Shown here: piece after piece, positions 27,888-38,405 of the stretch
Layout: each line of letters opens with the position of its first letter
How positions within the stretch are numbered: position 1 is the first letter of the stretch
NCBI GenBank assembly: GCA_965205015.1
Contig: OZ242029.1
Span: forward strand, 3,520,001 to 3,584,000
DNA: 64,000 bases
Source: Candidatus Poribacteria bacterium
GTDB taxonomy: Bacteria > Poribacteria > WGA-4E > WGA-3G
Direction of reading: 5' to 3'
The notes under the pieces: model-generated
What the model saw: the letters and a program-made list of their open reading frames with translations, nothing else
What the model was told of the DNA's origin: nothing
The model's database searches: none
Translations under genes and position numbers: made by a program

Positions 27888-29450
27888 TTACTCAAGTGAC
27901 CGAAGTGCTTTTTCTACAAGGATTTTAATATCTTTATTGCTTGATTTTTCCGAGAGTGCCAATGCAGTCCGAAAATCTTGTTTTGCCTTGCGCGTGCGAT
28001 CTAGCAAAGCGTTCACACTTCCGCGATTATAGTATGCCAAAGCAAAATCAGGTTTTAATCGGATCGCAATATCATAGTCAGCGATAGCAGCATTAGGTTG
28101 CCCGAGTTTTTCTTTCACAAATCCGCGCCTGATGTATGCATGGGTAAAATCAGGTTTTAATCGGATCGCCGTATCATGATCCGTTATGGCATCAGAATAT
28201 CGTCCGAGTTTGTATTTTGCTCTTCCGCGATTGTTGTATGCGTCAGCATAATCAGGGTTTAGCAGTAGAACTATGTTGTAATCGGCAATAGCAGCATTAT
28301 ATTGTCCAAGTTTATACTTCGCATTTCCGCGATTGTTGTATGCGTCAGCATAATCAGAGTTTAGCAGTATGGCTATGTTGTAATTGGCAATAGCGGCATC
28401 ATATTGTCCAAGGTTGTGCTTCGCTTTTCCACGGTTGTTGTATGTATCGACATGATCAGGATTTAGGTATATAGCCGTATCATAATCGGCAATAGCGGCA
28501 TCATATTGTCCAAGTTTATACTTCACATTTCCACGGTTGTTGTATGCATCGACATGATCAGATTTTAGTTTTATCGTCATATCATAATCGGCAATAGCGG
28601 CATCATATTGTCCAAGTTTATACTTCACATTTCCACGGTTGTTGTATGCATTGGCATGATAAGGATTTAGTTGTATAGCCATATCATAATCGGCAATAGC
28701 ATTTTCGTAGTCCCTTGATTCGTATTTTTCTTGCCCCCATCTGTAGTAAACCTCGGAAAACCTGACGGGGTCTACATGTGTGAACGGTATCACTGTACCT
28801 GATCGATCAAGCAAGTCCTTGAGGATATTTATAGGAATCGCGAAATTGAGATTCTGACCATCTACAAGGGTCATAAAAGAAACGCCAATAATCTCACCTT
28901 TGCTATTTAGTACAGGACCGCCACTGCTTCCCGGAGAAATCGGTGCTGTCATTAGAAGACGTTCCTTCATAGATTTTTCGCGCCGACTACTAATAATACC
29001 ATCTGAGAACGTTCCTCCCAGTCCCTTCGAATTGCCCACGACATACACATTCTCGCCAATACGAACGACATCACTGTCACCAAGCGGAAGGGGTTTAACC
29101 CCAGATCCCATGACTTTTAGAATGGCCAGATTGTTTATTTGATCAACTGCTGTAACGCCTTCAAGGATGTATGTTGTGAACTCGCCAACTAACTTCGCTG
29201 TACCACGCATTGCGCCATTTATAACGTGGTAATTGGTAGCGATCAGGTTTTCGCGCACGAAGAACCCGCTGCCAAAGCCGAGAGTTTTGCCGTTGCTATC
29301 CTGCATCTCTAAATAGACGGTGGCAGCTAATGCCTTTTCAGCGATCTCTGGCACAGTCTGAGCAGGTGTAGTGCTTATCATGCAGAATATCAGTAGAATC
29401 ACAAGTATCATTAGCGGTTGTGCCCACATTAATTCGTTTTTATGTTTCAT
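27888..29450 (-). CDS. Trypsin-like serine protease domain + TPR repeat protein
   Basis: GSGFF, TNYH, ISPGSSGGP; about eight 34-aa TPRs (AYNNRG...AIADYD). Confidence 0.88.
   Translation of the reverse strand: MKHKNELMWAQPLMILVILLIFCMISTTPAQTVPEIAEKALAATVYLEMQDSNGKTLGFGSGFFVRENLIATNYHVINGAMRGTAKLVGEFTTYILEGVTAVDQINNLAILKVMGSGVKPLPLGDSDVVRIGENVYVVGNSKGLGGTFSDGIISSRREKSMKERLLMTAPISPGSSGGPVLNSKGEIIGVSFMTLVDGQNLNFAIPINILKDLLDRSGTVIPFTHVDPVRFSEVYYRWGQEKYESRDYENAIADYDMAIQLNPYHANAYNNRGNVKYKLGQYDAAIADYDMTIKLKSDHVDAYNNRGNVKYKLGQYDAAIADYDTAIYLNPDHVDTYNNRGKAKHNLGQYDAAIANYNIAILLNSDYADAYNNRGNAKYKLGQYNAAIADYNIVLLLNPDYADAYNNRGRAKYKLGRYSDAITDHDTAIRLKPDFTHAYIRRGFVKEKLGQPNAAIADYDIAIRLKPDFALAYYNRGSVNALLDRTRKAKQDFRTALALSEKSSNKDIKILVEKALRSLE
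28200..28700. repeat. 102-bp tandem coding repeats (TPR units)
   Basis: TTGTTGTATG recurs at about 28232, 28334, 28436, 28538 and 28640. Confidence 0.85.
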
Positions 29451-29519
29451 CGGGAATCCTTTTATGTTTAATGGAAACATCCCCATTGGAATGCTCCTGA
29501 GCACTCGTCAAGTGATACT

Positions 29520-29888
29520 CTATGATAAAGCATCTATTGTCACATTACCATCTGTTACGACATCTAATATCAGGCGACTTCCATAAAGCAAGGACATTCC
29601 AACCAATGGACCTCCTTCTGCTTGTAGAACATACACATTGCGTTCGGCACCGTGCCATAGCACTTTCGCAATATGTCTCTTTAAGACGACTCTATTTTCG
29701 TCACCGAGTATTGCGCGTTGTTCCGCAGCTTGTTGAAGATTAAGGCGACTCACTAAAGCACTCGGTAATGTCAAATATCCGGTGAATCCTGTATCAATAA
29801 CTGCCTCAATTTTCTCAGATTGATTTGAGCTGCCAACCTCCAATTCAATAACAGCTTCTTGGTAGACTGTGATTTTTCCGGTGATCAT
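29520..29888 (-). CDS. Clan AA (retropepsin-like) aspartic protease
   Basis: IDTGFTG and PLVGMSLL motifs. Confidence 0.85.
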   Translation of the reverse strand: MITGKITVYQEAVIELEVGSSNQSEKIEAVIDTGFTGYLTLPSALVSRLNLQQAAEQRAILGDENRVVLKRHIAKVLWHGAERNVYVLQAEGGPLVGMSLLYGSRLILDVVTDGNVTIDALS

Positions 29889-30154
29889 TGGGTTGACCCT
29901 GAAATTTTAAAGCCGATTCGATGGGCTGCCGGAAATCCAATTCGCAAACAGTAGATGACAGCCTCCGGGTGCTTTTCAAGAAGACGCATTGAAGATGCCA
30001 CCTCATCAGCATCAATCTCATAAGCTCCTGTTTCTATGTCAATGGTCAGGAATTTGCCCTTGTGTTGTGATTCAACTTTTTCACGGAGCTGATGAGAATA
30101 TATTTCTTCGCCGCGGGCTGCAATACTTCCGTGGGGGTAATCGGAATAAGGCAT
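29885..30154 (-). CDS. Small partner protein (DUF5678-like) coupled to the aspartic protease
   Basis: GKFLTIDIETGAYEI...RIG; GAGGAG RBS; ATGA overlap. Confidence 0.7.
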   Translation of the reverse strand: MPYSDYPHGSIAARGEEIYSHQLREKVESQHKGKFLTIDIETGAYEIDADEVASSMRLLEKHPEAVIYCLRIGFPAAHRIGFKISGSTQ

Positions 30155-30187
30155 CGTGATGCTCCTCTTAGTCAAATTCTCTTTCTG

Positions 30188-30214
30188 AGGTGCGGCTTAG
30201 AAACCGCACCTACC
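30188..30214 (-). repeat. GTAG-type REP-like hairpin
   Basis: Minus strand GGTAGGTGCGGTTTCTAAGCCGCACCT downstream of acnA. Confidence 0.6.
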
Positions 30215-30232
30215 TTAAGTTGGGGAAGTCAA

Positions 30233-32905
30233 TTACGCAGACAAGAAATTCCGAATGACATAATCCAGAATCCCACCGTGTTTGTAGTATTCCACTTCTA
30301 CAGGAGAGTCAATTCTGATCAACAGCTCGGTTGTCTGGGTTTCACCGTTTGCACGGACGATGTTCATCGTCGCCATCTGTCCGGGTTGGAGATCCTTGGC
30401 AAAGCCTGTGATGCTGATAATCTCGCTTCCGTCGAGGTTGAGCGTCTGGACATTCTCACCCGATTTGAACTGCAACGGTAAGACTCCCATGCCGATGAGA
30501 TTACTGCGGTGAATACGCTCGAAACTCTCTACAACGACAGCCTTGACACCCAAGAGTTTAGGTCCCTTCGCTGCCCAGTCGCGAGAACTTCCCATGCCGT
30601 AGTCCTGTCCGGCGAAAATAACAGTTGGAACGTCGTTTTCGCTGTAATCGAGGGCTGCTGCGTAGATAGTCGTTTGTGTGCCTTCAGGATACTGAAGTGT
30701 ATAACCACCCTCTACATCCGGGGTCATCAAGTTTCGGACACGTCGATTGGCGAATGTGCCACGGCTCATCACACGGTCGTTCCCGCGTCTGGAACCGTAG
30801 GTGTTGAAATCTCGTGTCTCTACACCGTGTTCTTGGAGATATTCCCCTGCTGGACTTGCGGCTGCAATCGCACCTGCTGGGGAGATATGGTCGGTGGTGA
30901 CGGAATCCCCAAAGATACCGAGGATGCGGGCATCCACAATGTCTGCAATGGGAGCAGGTTCGCGTGCAAACCCTTCAAAGAATGGTGGATGCTGGACATA
31001 GGTGCTTCTCTCGTTCCATGGATAAAGGACTCCCGTCGCGCCTGCGAGTTCTTCCCATTCTGGTGCCTGATGACCGATCGATTCGTACATCTCTCGGAAC
31101 GTCCGGCGATCGACTGCGACAGCGATCATCTCGGCGATCTCTTGCCGGGTGGGCCAGATGTCCTTCAGGTAAACAGCCTCTCCTGCATCGTTGTGTCCAA
31201 CAGGTTCAGTCGTGAAATCGATGTCAATCCGTCCTGCGATGCCATAAGCAACGACGAGCGGTGGGGACATGAGGAAATTGGCTTTTATTTCTGGATGCAC
31301 GCGTGCCTCGAAGTTCCTGTTGCCACTGAGAACGCTTGCGGTAACGAGGTTTACTGTGTCAATTGCCTCTTGAACCACGTCGTTGAGCGGTCCACTGTTG
31401 CCGATACAAGTTGTGCAGCCATAACCTACGACGTTGTAGCCGAGTTCTTCTAAATAGGGCAGTAGACCGGTGTTCTGCAGGTACTCGGTAACGACGCGCG
31501 AACCCGGGGCTAAACTGGTCTTAACGTAGTCGGGGACCCGCACCCCTTTTTCCACAGCCTTTTTCGCGAGCAACCCCGCGCCGATCATCACGGAAGGATT
31601 ACTCGTGTTTGTGCAGCTGGTAATTGCCGAGATAACCACCGATCCGTGAGTGATGCCGGTGCTATCCGCCACGTCTTCTGTTACACCGAATCCATCGTCT
31701 GCTACAGGACGTGTAAGGAGTTCAGTAAAGGTATTTTTGACATCCGACAAAGCGATCCGGTCTTGAGGTCGTTTCGGACCGGCGATACTCGGTTCGATAT
31801 CCGCGAGGTCAATTTCGATGACGTCGGAGTACTCAACATCGCCGAGGCGTGGGATACCGAAGATGCCTTGGGCTTTAAGATAAGCCTCTACCATGTCAAC
31901 GTGCGTTTCGTCGCGCCCGGTGAGACGGAGGTATCGCATCGTCTCTGCATCGGGTGGGAAAAATCCGATAGTCGCACCGTATTCTGGACACATATTAGAG
32001 AGCGTCGCCCGATCGGGTAGAGAGAGGGCTTCTACACCTGCCCCAAAGAATTCCACAAACTTATCAACGACTGCAGCGGCTCTGAGGCGTTGGGTTACAG
32101 TCAACACCAAGTCTGTTGCGGTTACACCCTCACGAAGTTCGCCTTTCAGGTGAACGCCGAGGACTTCGGGGGTCAAAATATAAACGGGTTGCCCTAACAT
32201 TGCGGCTTCCGCTTCTATGCCGCCGACCCCCCATCCAACGATACCTAAGCCGTTAATCATTGTGGTATGCGAGTCGGTGCCAACAACAGTGTCTGGATAG
32301 GCGAGTGAATCTTCCGTCATAACCACTTTGGCGAGGTATTCCAGATTCACTTGATGCACAATACCGATAGAGGGTGGAATGATATTGAATTTTTCAAACG
32401 CCTGTTGTCCCCATTTGAGGAACTCATAACGTTCTTTGTTGCGTTCAAACTCCCGTTGGGTGTTAAATTGAAATGCGTTTTCTGATCCGTAGGCATCGAC
32501 TTGGATAGAGTGATCGATGACTAAATCGACAGGAACGAGGGGTTCTATCATGCCAGCATCACCGCCAAGTTCTGCCACCGCGGAACGCATCGCAGCAATA
32601 TCAACAACGAGGGGAACACCTGTAAAGTCTTGCGCTACCACGCGCGCCGGTTTGAAAGGAATCTCCAAAGCTTTCGGAGAACGCGCGTCCCAATTTGCCA
32701 AATTTACAATATCCTCTTCTGTAATTTGGTGTCCGTCGTAATTTCGCAGTAATGATTCGAGTAAGATACGGAGGCTAACAGGCAAGGTGGTTATTGAACC
32801 GATGTCGACTTCTCCTAAGGCAGGGAGCGAATAATAAGTACACGCAAACCCATCGCCTTCAAGGGTTCGGTGTGTATTAAATAAATTGTGAGCAGGGTGG
32901 GGCAT
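30233..32905 (-). CDS. acnA: Aconitate hydratase A
   Basis: [36 protein letters not shown]. Confidence 0.97.
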   Translation of the reverse strand: MPHPAHNLFNTHRTLEGDGFACTYYSLPALGEVDIGSITTLPVSLRILLESLLRNYDGHQITEEDIVNLANWDARSPKALEIPFKPARVVAQDFTGVPLVVDIAAMRSAVAELGGDAGMIEPLVPVDLVIDHSIQVDAYGSENAFQFNTQREFERNKERYEFLKWGQQAFEKFNIIPPSIGIVHQVNLEYLAKVVMTEDSLAYPDTVVGTDSHTTMINGLGIVGWGVGGIEAEAAMLGQPVYILTPEVLGVHLKGELREGVTATDLVLTVTQRLRAAAVVDKFVEFFGAGVEALSLPDRATLSNMCPEYGATIGFFPPDAETMRYLRLTGRDETHVDMVEAYLKAQGIFGIPRLGDVEYSDVIEIDLADIEPSIAGPKRPQDRIALSDVKNTFTELLTRPVADDGFGVTEDVADSTGITHGSVVISAITSCTNTSNPSVMIGAGLLAKKAVEKGVRVPDYVKTSLAPGSRVVTEYLQNTGLLPYLEELGYNVVGYGCTTCIGNSGPLNDVVQEAIDTVNLVTASVLSGNRNFEARVHPEIKANFLMSPPLVVAYGIAGRIDIDFTTEPVGHNDAGEAVYLKDIWPTRQEIAEMIAVAVDRRTFREMYESIGHQAPEWEELAGATGVLYPWNERSTYVQHPPFFEGFAREPAPIADIVDARILGIFGDSVTTDHISPAGAIAAASPAGEYLQEHGVETRDFNTYGSRRGNDRVMSRGTFANRRVRNLMTPDVEGGYTLQYPEGTQTTIYAAALDYSENDVPTVIFAGQDYGMGSSRDWAAKGPKLLGVKAVVVESFERIHRSNLIGMGVLPLQFKSGENVQTLNLDGSEIISITGFAKDLQPGQMATMNIVRANGETQTTELLIRIDSPVEVEYYKHGGILDYVIRNFLSA

Positions 32906-33020
32906 CTGCTAACTCCTTTATGTTGTAAATATTTTCTATAATTTTACCACAATTGAGGGCTATATTTCAATGGTTCTCCGTCAGCAATTAGCAAAAGGAG
33001 GTCCTTCACCAGAGAATTCT

Positions 33021-35342
33021 TTACCGATGATTAATCAGTTTCGTAATTTCATCGAGTTGCTGACGAGCATGGACAACGATAACGTTTTCAGGATACTCTG
33101 TAATCAACGTAGTATAAGTAGCAGCGGCGTTGGCGAAGTCGGCGTTTTGGCGGTATATCTCGGCGATATTTACGAGTGCCTTCGGGACGCTAAGGCTTTC
33201 CCGCGCAACGACTTGTTCGTATGCCTTGATTGCCTCAGTGGTTTTTGCATTTTTTCGGTAGATATCACCGATGAGCAGCCACACCGCATCGACGATAGTC
33301 GCTTGCGGATAGGTTTCAAGACTTCGTTCACACTGTTGTAGTGCTTCCGCAGTCTCTCCATTTAAATGGAGCTGTACAGCAGTGGCATAATCCGTGAGCG
33401 GAATTTTGAGGTAATCAGAATGATTCTGGATGAGGACAATCCGTTCAAGCGCATCGTTTGTGAGCTGGTCAGATCTTGAGATTCGGATGACTTCATTGTA
33501 TTCCTTCGTGGCTTGGTCGAAATCGGCAGAAAAGAAATAGGAATCGCCAATCAGTTTTCGGGCAACGGCACGGAAGAGGTGGGGACGGCTGGCAATAGGT
33601 TCAAGGACTTCTCTCGCAAGTGTATAGCGTTTCAGTAGGACATGACATTCTGCCAGACCCAGTTGCGCTTCTACCAATTGCGTTGTGAGCAAGCGTTGGG
33701 TGAGCAAAGTTTGGAAAGTTTTCTGGGCGATTTTCGGGGCGCGGATACCGTGGAGTTGCAGCTGCCCAAGTAACAATCTATTTTTGACGGAAGCCTCACG
33801 ATTGTGAACTAATTCTTCTAAGAGAGCGATGGCCTCGGTCCACTCCTCCATTTTTTGGTAGCGTGCTGCAAGCTTAGAACGGGCAGTCCTTATGCGTGTA
33901 CTGTCTGTAGAACCTGCTATCAATGTCTTATAGAAATCTATGGCGTGTGGGTTCTCCTTGCGTTCTAACATCCGTGCGTATGTTTCTAACGTCATGTCAG
34001 TGTGAATCGGATGGTTTCGGTGGAGGTGTGTAAACGTTTCGAGTGCTTGGGACACTTTTCCAGCATGGAAATAGAGTTCTCCCAAAGTCATGACGATGTT
34101 GGCGTTTTGTGGATTTTGTGCCCGTCGTTTCTCAAGTTGCGCAACGAGTTTATCACGGATGGGTTTGTAGAGATCGCCTTCATAAATTTCAAGCATAGCA
34201 CTCCAAATCGCTTCCCGTTGATTCCCTGTAAGCCCGACCTGTTGCAAAGCATCAATATAGACCTCGGCGGCTTGTTCAATTTGTCCTTGGATTTTATACG
34301 CTGCTGCCAATTGTGTGTAAAGGTAGCTATCTTTTGGACGTAAGCGTATGGCTTGCTGATATGCTGCGATGGCTTCCGGGTACATCTTATGGGAGAGATA
34401 GATCGCGCCGAGTTGCTTTTGTTGATCGACTTGGTTGACCTCCTCCTCGACCATTTTTTTCCATTCGGTCACGGCTTGTGTGGTTTTACCGGTTTCAGCA
34501 TAGAGCGCGCCCAATTTCCTGCGGAGTGTTGTGTTGTTGGGGTTCCGTTCAATCGCCTTGCGGTAGAGTTCAAGTGCTTTCGGATGGGCGTTTTGTTGTT
34601 GATAAAGTTCTGCCAATTGTTCTAATAGCGTCGTATCGTCAGGATAGTGTCGCATCCGTTCTTGAATCAATTTTTCAGCCGCTGCATAGCGTTGGTTCGT
34701 TATATAAAGTTGGATGAGGCTATTGACAGCACTGACGCGATAGGGTGAACTCGGAAAATTTTCAAGGAAATACTTGTAGCTATCTATTGCTTCTTCGGAT
34801 TTACCCTCTGTTTGCTGGTATTTTCCAAGGAGATAGGCAGCTGTGGCGGCAGCGGTTGTATTGGGATGCTGCTGAAGAATCTGCTTGCACTGCCTAATTG
34901 CCGCTGTGAACTGATAGCGCTGCCAGTAGAGGTTTCCCAACCGATGAACCGCTTGGGTCGCATAAGAACCGTTCGGATTTTCGTCAATAATTTCTTTGAA
35001 GACTCGCTGTGCTGCCGGATCCTCGCTGACCTTGGCGTAACTTTGTCCTAACATCAATCGGATTGAGTCCTTTTGACTCTGCCGGAGCGGGATATAAGTG
35101 CCATCCAGCCGAGGAATGCCGTTTTCAATCAACGCTTCATACGCTTTAATCGCTTCCGTATACCGTCTTTCGTGGTAATGGTCATGTGCGGCTTCTACTG
35201 GATCAGAGACAGGAGGCACGTTTGGAGTGGCCCCGGGAACTTGGATTTGGGCGGAAGTATATAAACTATTCCCAAGTGTCATAAGAAAGAATAAAAATAA
35301 AATAGAAAGAAAGATGACTCGTTGTCGCATTGTAGTGTCCAT
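33021..35342 (-). CDS. Secreted tetratricopeptide repeat protein
   Basis: Signal peptide followed by numerous TPR helices. Confidence 0.85.
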   Translation of the reverse strand: MDTTMRQRVIFLSILFLFFLMTLGNSLYTSAQIQVPGATPNVPPVSDPVEAAHDHYHERRYTEAIKAYEALIENGIPRLDGTYIPLRQSQKDSIRLMLGQSYAKVSEDPAAQRVFKEIIDENPNGSYATQAVHRLGNLYWQRYQFTAAIRQCKQILQQHPNTTAAATAAYLLGKYQQTEGKSEEAIDSYKYFLENFPSSPYRVSAVNSLIQLYITNQRYAAAEKLIQERMRHYPDDTTLLEQLAELYQQQNAHPKALELYRKAIERNPNNTTLRRKLGALYAETGKTTQAVTEWKKMVEEEVNQVDQQKQLGAIYLSHKMYPEAIAAYQQAIRLRPKDSYLYTQLAAAYKIQGQIEQAAEVYIDALQQVGLTGNQREAIWSAMLEIYEGDLYKPIRDKLVAQLEKRRAQNPQNANIVMTLGELYFHAGKVSQALETFTHLHRNHPIHTDMTLETYARMLERKENPHAIDFYKTLIAGSTDSTRIRTARSKLAARYQKMEEWTEAIALLEELVHNREASVKNRLLLGQLQLHGIRAPKIAQKTFQTLLTQRLLTTQLVEAQLGLAECHVLLKRYTLAREVLEPIASRPHLFRAVARKLIGDSYFFSADFDQATKEYNEVIRISRSDQLTNDALERIVLIQNHSDYLKIPLTDYATAVQLHLNGETAEALQQCERSLETYPQATIVDAVWLLIGDIYRKNAKTTEAIKAYEQVVARESLSVPKALVNIAEIYRQNADFANAAATYTTLITEYPENVIVVHARQQLDEITKLINHR

Positions 35343-35391
35343 TTTTATTGGGTGTTGTGTCTTAATCTGTAAGAACTGTGCTTGTGTAGTC

Positions 35392-38376
35392 TTATCTGAA
35401 TAGACACGTGTTAACTATCTCCTCAAGCGTTCGCGTTTCCATCTCTAATTTGAGTTGTTCAACTTTTTCACTGCCGAGTTCTGCCGCTAATGCATTGATA
35501 GCGTTATTCACTGCATCTGCATAAAACGATGTTGTCGCGTCTGTTTCCGCGTAGATTGACGCGACCTTAAGAAAGAGGGACAAACTCTGTTCAAATTCGC
35601 CTTCCGCGTGAGCTAACTGTCCGAATTGATAGAGCGAGTCTGCGATCTCACGGGGGGTTCCCTTCTCTTTGCGATATTCCAGACTTCCTGTATAGTAGTC
35701 CCTCGCTTCCTCGTGTTTACCGTGGCGCAGTGCTACCTTGCCCAGGCTATCCATTAGATAAGTAAACCCCACGTTGGAAGTAGAGAGGTCACGGGTGAGA
35801 CGTAGACTTTCTGTATAGTAGCGTTGCGCTTCCTCTCGTAGACCTTGCTGGTTCGCGGTTTTCCCGAGATTATTGAGGGCGCGAGCGATACCGAGTTTAT
35901 CTCCAAGTTCGCGAGCGATACGCAGACTTTCGGTATAATGCAGTTTCGCTGTTTCAAAATGGTGACGATTATATGCAGTGACTCCCAGATTGTTTAGTAT
36001 AAGAGCTGTCCGCCATTTGTCGCCTAATACTTTCGCTATTTCTAAGGCTTCGGTAAGGTGTGCATCTGCCTCTTTAAATTTTTTTTCATACCTTGCGATG
36101 ATGCCGAGACAATTTAACGCATTGGCGACACCGAGCTGCTGTCCTACCTTTCTGAAAACTTGTAAGGCGTTTTCGCATAATTGTCGAGCAATTTCACATT
36201 CCTGTTGTTCATTATAGAATGTTGCGAGAGCCACTCGAAGTTCCGCTATTGTCAGTTGGACTGACATTTCGTTCGCTTCAGGTGTGTCCTCTAATCCTTG
36301 ATGTTCGCCGAGTCGCTGGTGCAATTCCGCCTCTGCTTGTTTCAACCATCCCAAACCTTCAGTCCATAACCCGTGTATATAGAAAAATTTCCAGAGCGCA
36401 ACAGCAAGTTGCCCAAACAGGAACCATTCATTATTCTCCTGTGCAAACCCAAAAACAGCACGAAAATTATCGAGCTCAATCACCATCTCTGAGAGTGCAT
36501 CGTTCTGTTCAGGACCTTCTAACTTTCTGTCCTGTTCCTGCGCGAATGTGAGATAATAGTGTGCATGCGCCTCTCTGAATCCAGTGGGGTGTTTCTTCTC
36601 CCGAAGATACAATTGTAACGGAACAGGGAGGCGGTAGCGAGTTCGCGTCAGAGATTCTTCAGTGATGAGTAACGATTTATCGTGTAAATTAAAGATGAGG
36701 TCGATTGTTTCCGTATAGTGCGAATCCTGTTCGGCATCAACACATGCTGAATTACAGATAGTTTCTGCGGCTTCCAAGAAGAATCCACCTGAAAAAAGCG
36801 AGAGTTGACCAAGCAGACGTTGTTCCTCTGGCTCTAAAAGTTCGTAGGACCAGTCAATCACAGCATTAAGCGTCTGATGTCTCGCCGGCACGTCTCGATT
36901 GCTTGTCGACAGAAGTGTAGATGACTTACTTGATGGTGAGCTACCAAGTTGGACCTTTAAGCGAGCGAGGATGTTTTGTGGCGTCATAGCTCGGACGCGC
37001 GCCGCGGTAAGTTCGATCGCGAGGGAGAGCCCGTCAACTATACGGCAAATCGCGCCAATCGCTTCGGCATTGTCGGTCGTTAATTGAAAGTCGGGTGCGA
37101 CGGTTTCTGCTCGCGCTAAAAAGAGCTGGACGCTTTCAAATTCGCGAAGCGTTTCGAAGTCCACATCTTCAGCGGGAGTCGATAGCGGAGGTACCACGAA
37201 CCGCTGCTCACCTGCGACCTTTAATAGTTCCCGCGATGTAGTTAGACAACGTAACGTTGGACATCTGAGCAACAAGGTATTGACATCTTCGGATGCCTCC
37301 ATTAAGTGCTCAAAATTGTCCAGCACCAATAGAAGTGTTTTACCTAAAAGATGTGAAACGACCTGTTCCATGGCATCTTGTGCCGATTCCAATGGAAGAT
37401 CGAGAACCTTTGCGATTTCCGTAATGACGTGGGCAGGTTGTCTCAAATCCGCTAACGCGATGAACCATACACCATCAGGATAAGTGTCCAGAAGTTCTGT
37501 CGCAACCTGTAGACCGAGACGCGTTTTACCGATACCTCCAGGTCCAGTCAGTGTTACCAGTCGTGCCTGTCCGTCGGTGAAATACTCCACAATACGGCGG
37601 ACTTCGGTTTCTCTACCGATAAAACTATTCATAGGTGCTGGTAGGTTATTCGGCAAATTGTTGAGGGTTTTTAGGGGTGGGAACTCGGTTTGTAGTTCAG
37701 GAATAGGGTGGGAGTCTGCAGAGTGCCGATCCTGTGCTGTGTCTCCTTGTGCCGCCTTGCTGAAGACTTCTTGCCACCTTTCTTCACCAGTGATTTTTAA
37801 AATAGAAGCCCGCGGTGCAAGGAATTGAAAAATTGCTTCAGGATGTTGAATGTTTTTCAAGCGATGTTCGCCGAGTGCCGCAAAGCTGCCGGGTGGAAAT
37901 TGCGTTTTCACGAGGGCGTGCGTCACAGTGGAAAGTAGGATCTGTCCACCGTGTCCGGCATCCGTAATTCGTTTGGCAAGATTCGCAGGCATCCCGTGAT
38001 ATTCGTCATCCAATAGAATCATATCACCTGTGTGAATACCGATACGGACGCGTAACGTCTCAATGTTTTCATGCCACTTATAGGCATTGAGTCCTAACTG
38101 TATCTCAAGTGCGCACATAAGGGCTGCACTTGCCGTAGGAAAAACAAAGAAAAAAGCGTCACCTTCATTTCCGATCTCTGTACCACCCCACGCCGAATTT
38201 GCAGCCCGCAAAATCGTGTTGTGGGTATTGATAACCTCCGCCATAACCTCATTGCTGTGCTTCTCCCAAAGTAGTGTTGAACCTTCGATATCAGTAAACA
38301 TCAAGGTGAGGGTGCCGACCGGCAAATGTGGCTGTGGATTGTGTGTTGACACAGGATTATCCTTTTTCAATGCCAT
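35392..38376 (-). CDS. Class III nucleotide cyclase + STAND (NB-ARC-like) ATPase + TPR protein
   Basis: FTDIEGST, RIGIHTG, GPGGIGKT, LLVLDNFEHL, C-terminal TPRs. Confidence 0.88.
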   Translation of the reverse strand: MALKKDNPVSTHNPQPHLPVGTLTLMFTDIEGSTLLWEKHSNEVMAEVINTHNTILRAANSAWGGTEIGNEGDAFFFVFPTASAALMCALEIQLGLNAYKWHENIETLRVRIGIHTGDMILLDDEYHGMPANLAKRITDAGHGGQILLSTVTHALVKTQFPPGSFAALGEHRLKNIQHPEAIFQFLAPRASILKITGEERWQEVFSKAAQGDTAQDRHSADSHPIPELQTEFPPLKTLNNLPNNLPAPMNSFIGRETEVRRIVEYFTDGQARLVTLTGPGGIGKTRLGLQVATELLDTYPDGVWFIALADLRQPAHVITEIAKVLDLPLESAQDAMEQVVSHLLGKTLLLVLDNFEHLMEASEDVNTLLLRCPTLRCLTTSRELLKVAGEQRFVVPPLSTPAEDVDFETLREFESVQLFLARAETVAPDFQLTTDNAEAIGAICRIVDGLSLAIELTAARVRAMTPQNILARLKVQLGSSPSSKSSTLLSTSNRDVPARHQTLNAVIDWSYELLEPEEQRLLGQLSLFSGGFFLEAAETICNSACVDAEQDSHYTETIDLIFNLHDKSLLITEESLTRTRYRLPVPLQLYLREKKHPTGFREAHAHYYLTFAQEQDRKLEGPEQNDALSEMVIELDNFRAVFGFAQENNEWFLFGQLAVALWKFFYIHGLWTEGLGWLKQAEAELHQRLGEHQGLEDTPEANEMSVQLTIAELRVALATFYNEQQECEIARQLCENALQVFRKVGQQLGVANALNCLGIIARYEKKFKEADAHLTEALEIAKVLGDKWRTALILNNLGVTAYNRHHFETAKLHYTESLRIARELGDKLGIARALNNLGKTANQQGLREEAQRYYTESLRLTRDLSTSNVGFTYLMDSLGKVALRHGKHEEARDYYTGSLEYRKEKGTPREIADSLYQFGQLAHAEGEFEQSLSLFLKVASIYAETDATTSFYADAVNNAINALAAELGSEKVEQLKLEMETRTLEEIVNTCLFR

Positions 38377-38405
38377 TGTTCGAGATTCCCATAAGACGCC
38401 GAGTA

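Noticed and set aside
28200-28700. CRISPR or non-coding tandem array
   Set aside because: The 102-bp period lies in frame within a CDS and encodes TPR units.
30509-31453. 314-aa antisense ORF
   Set aside because: Shadow of acnA with no motifs.
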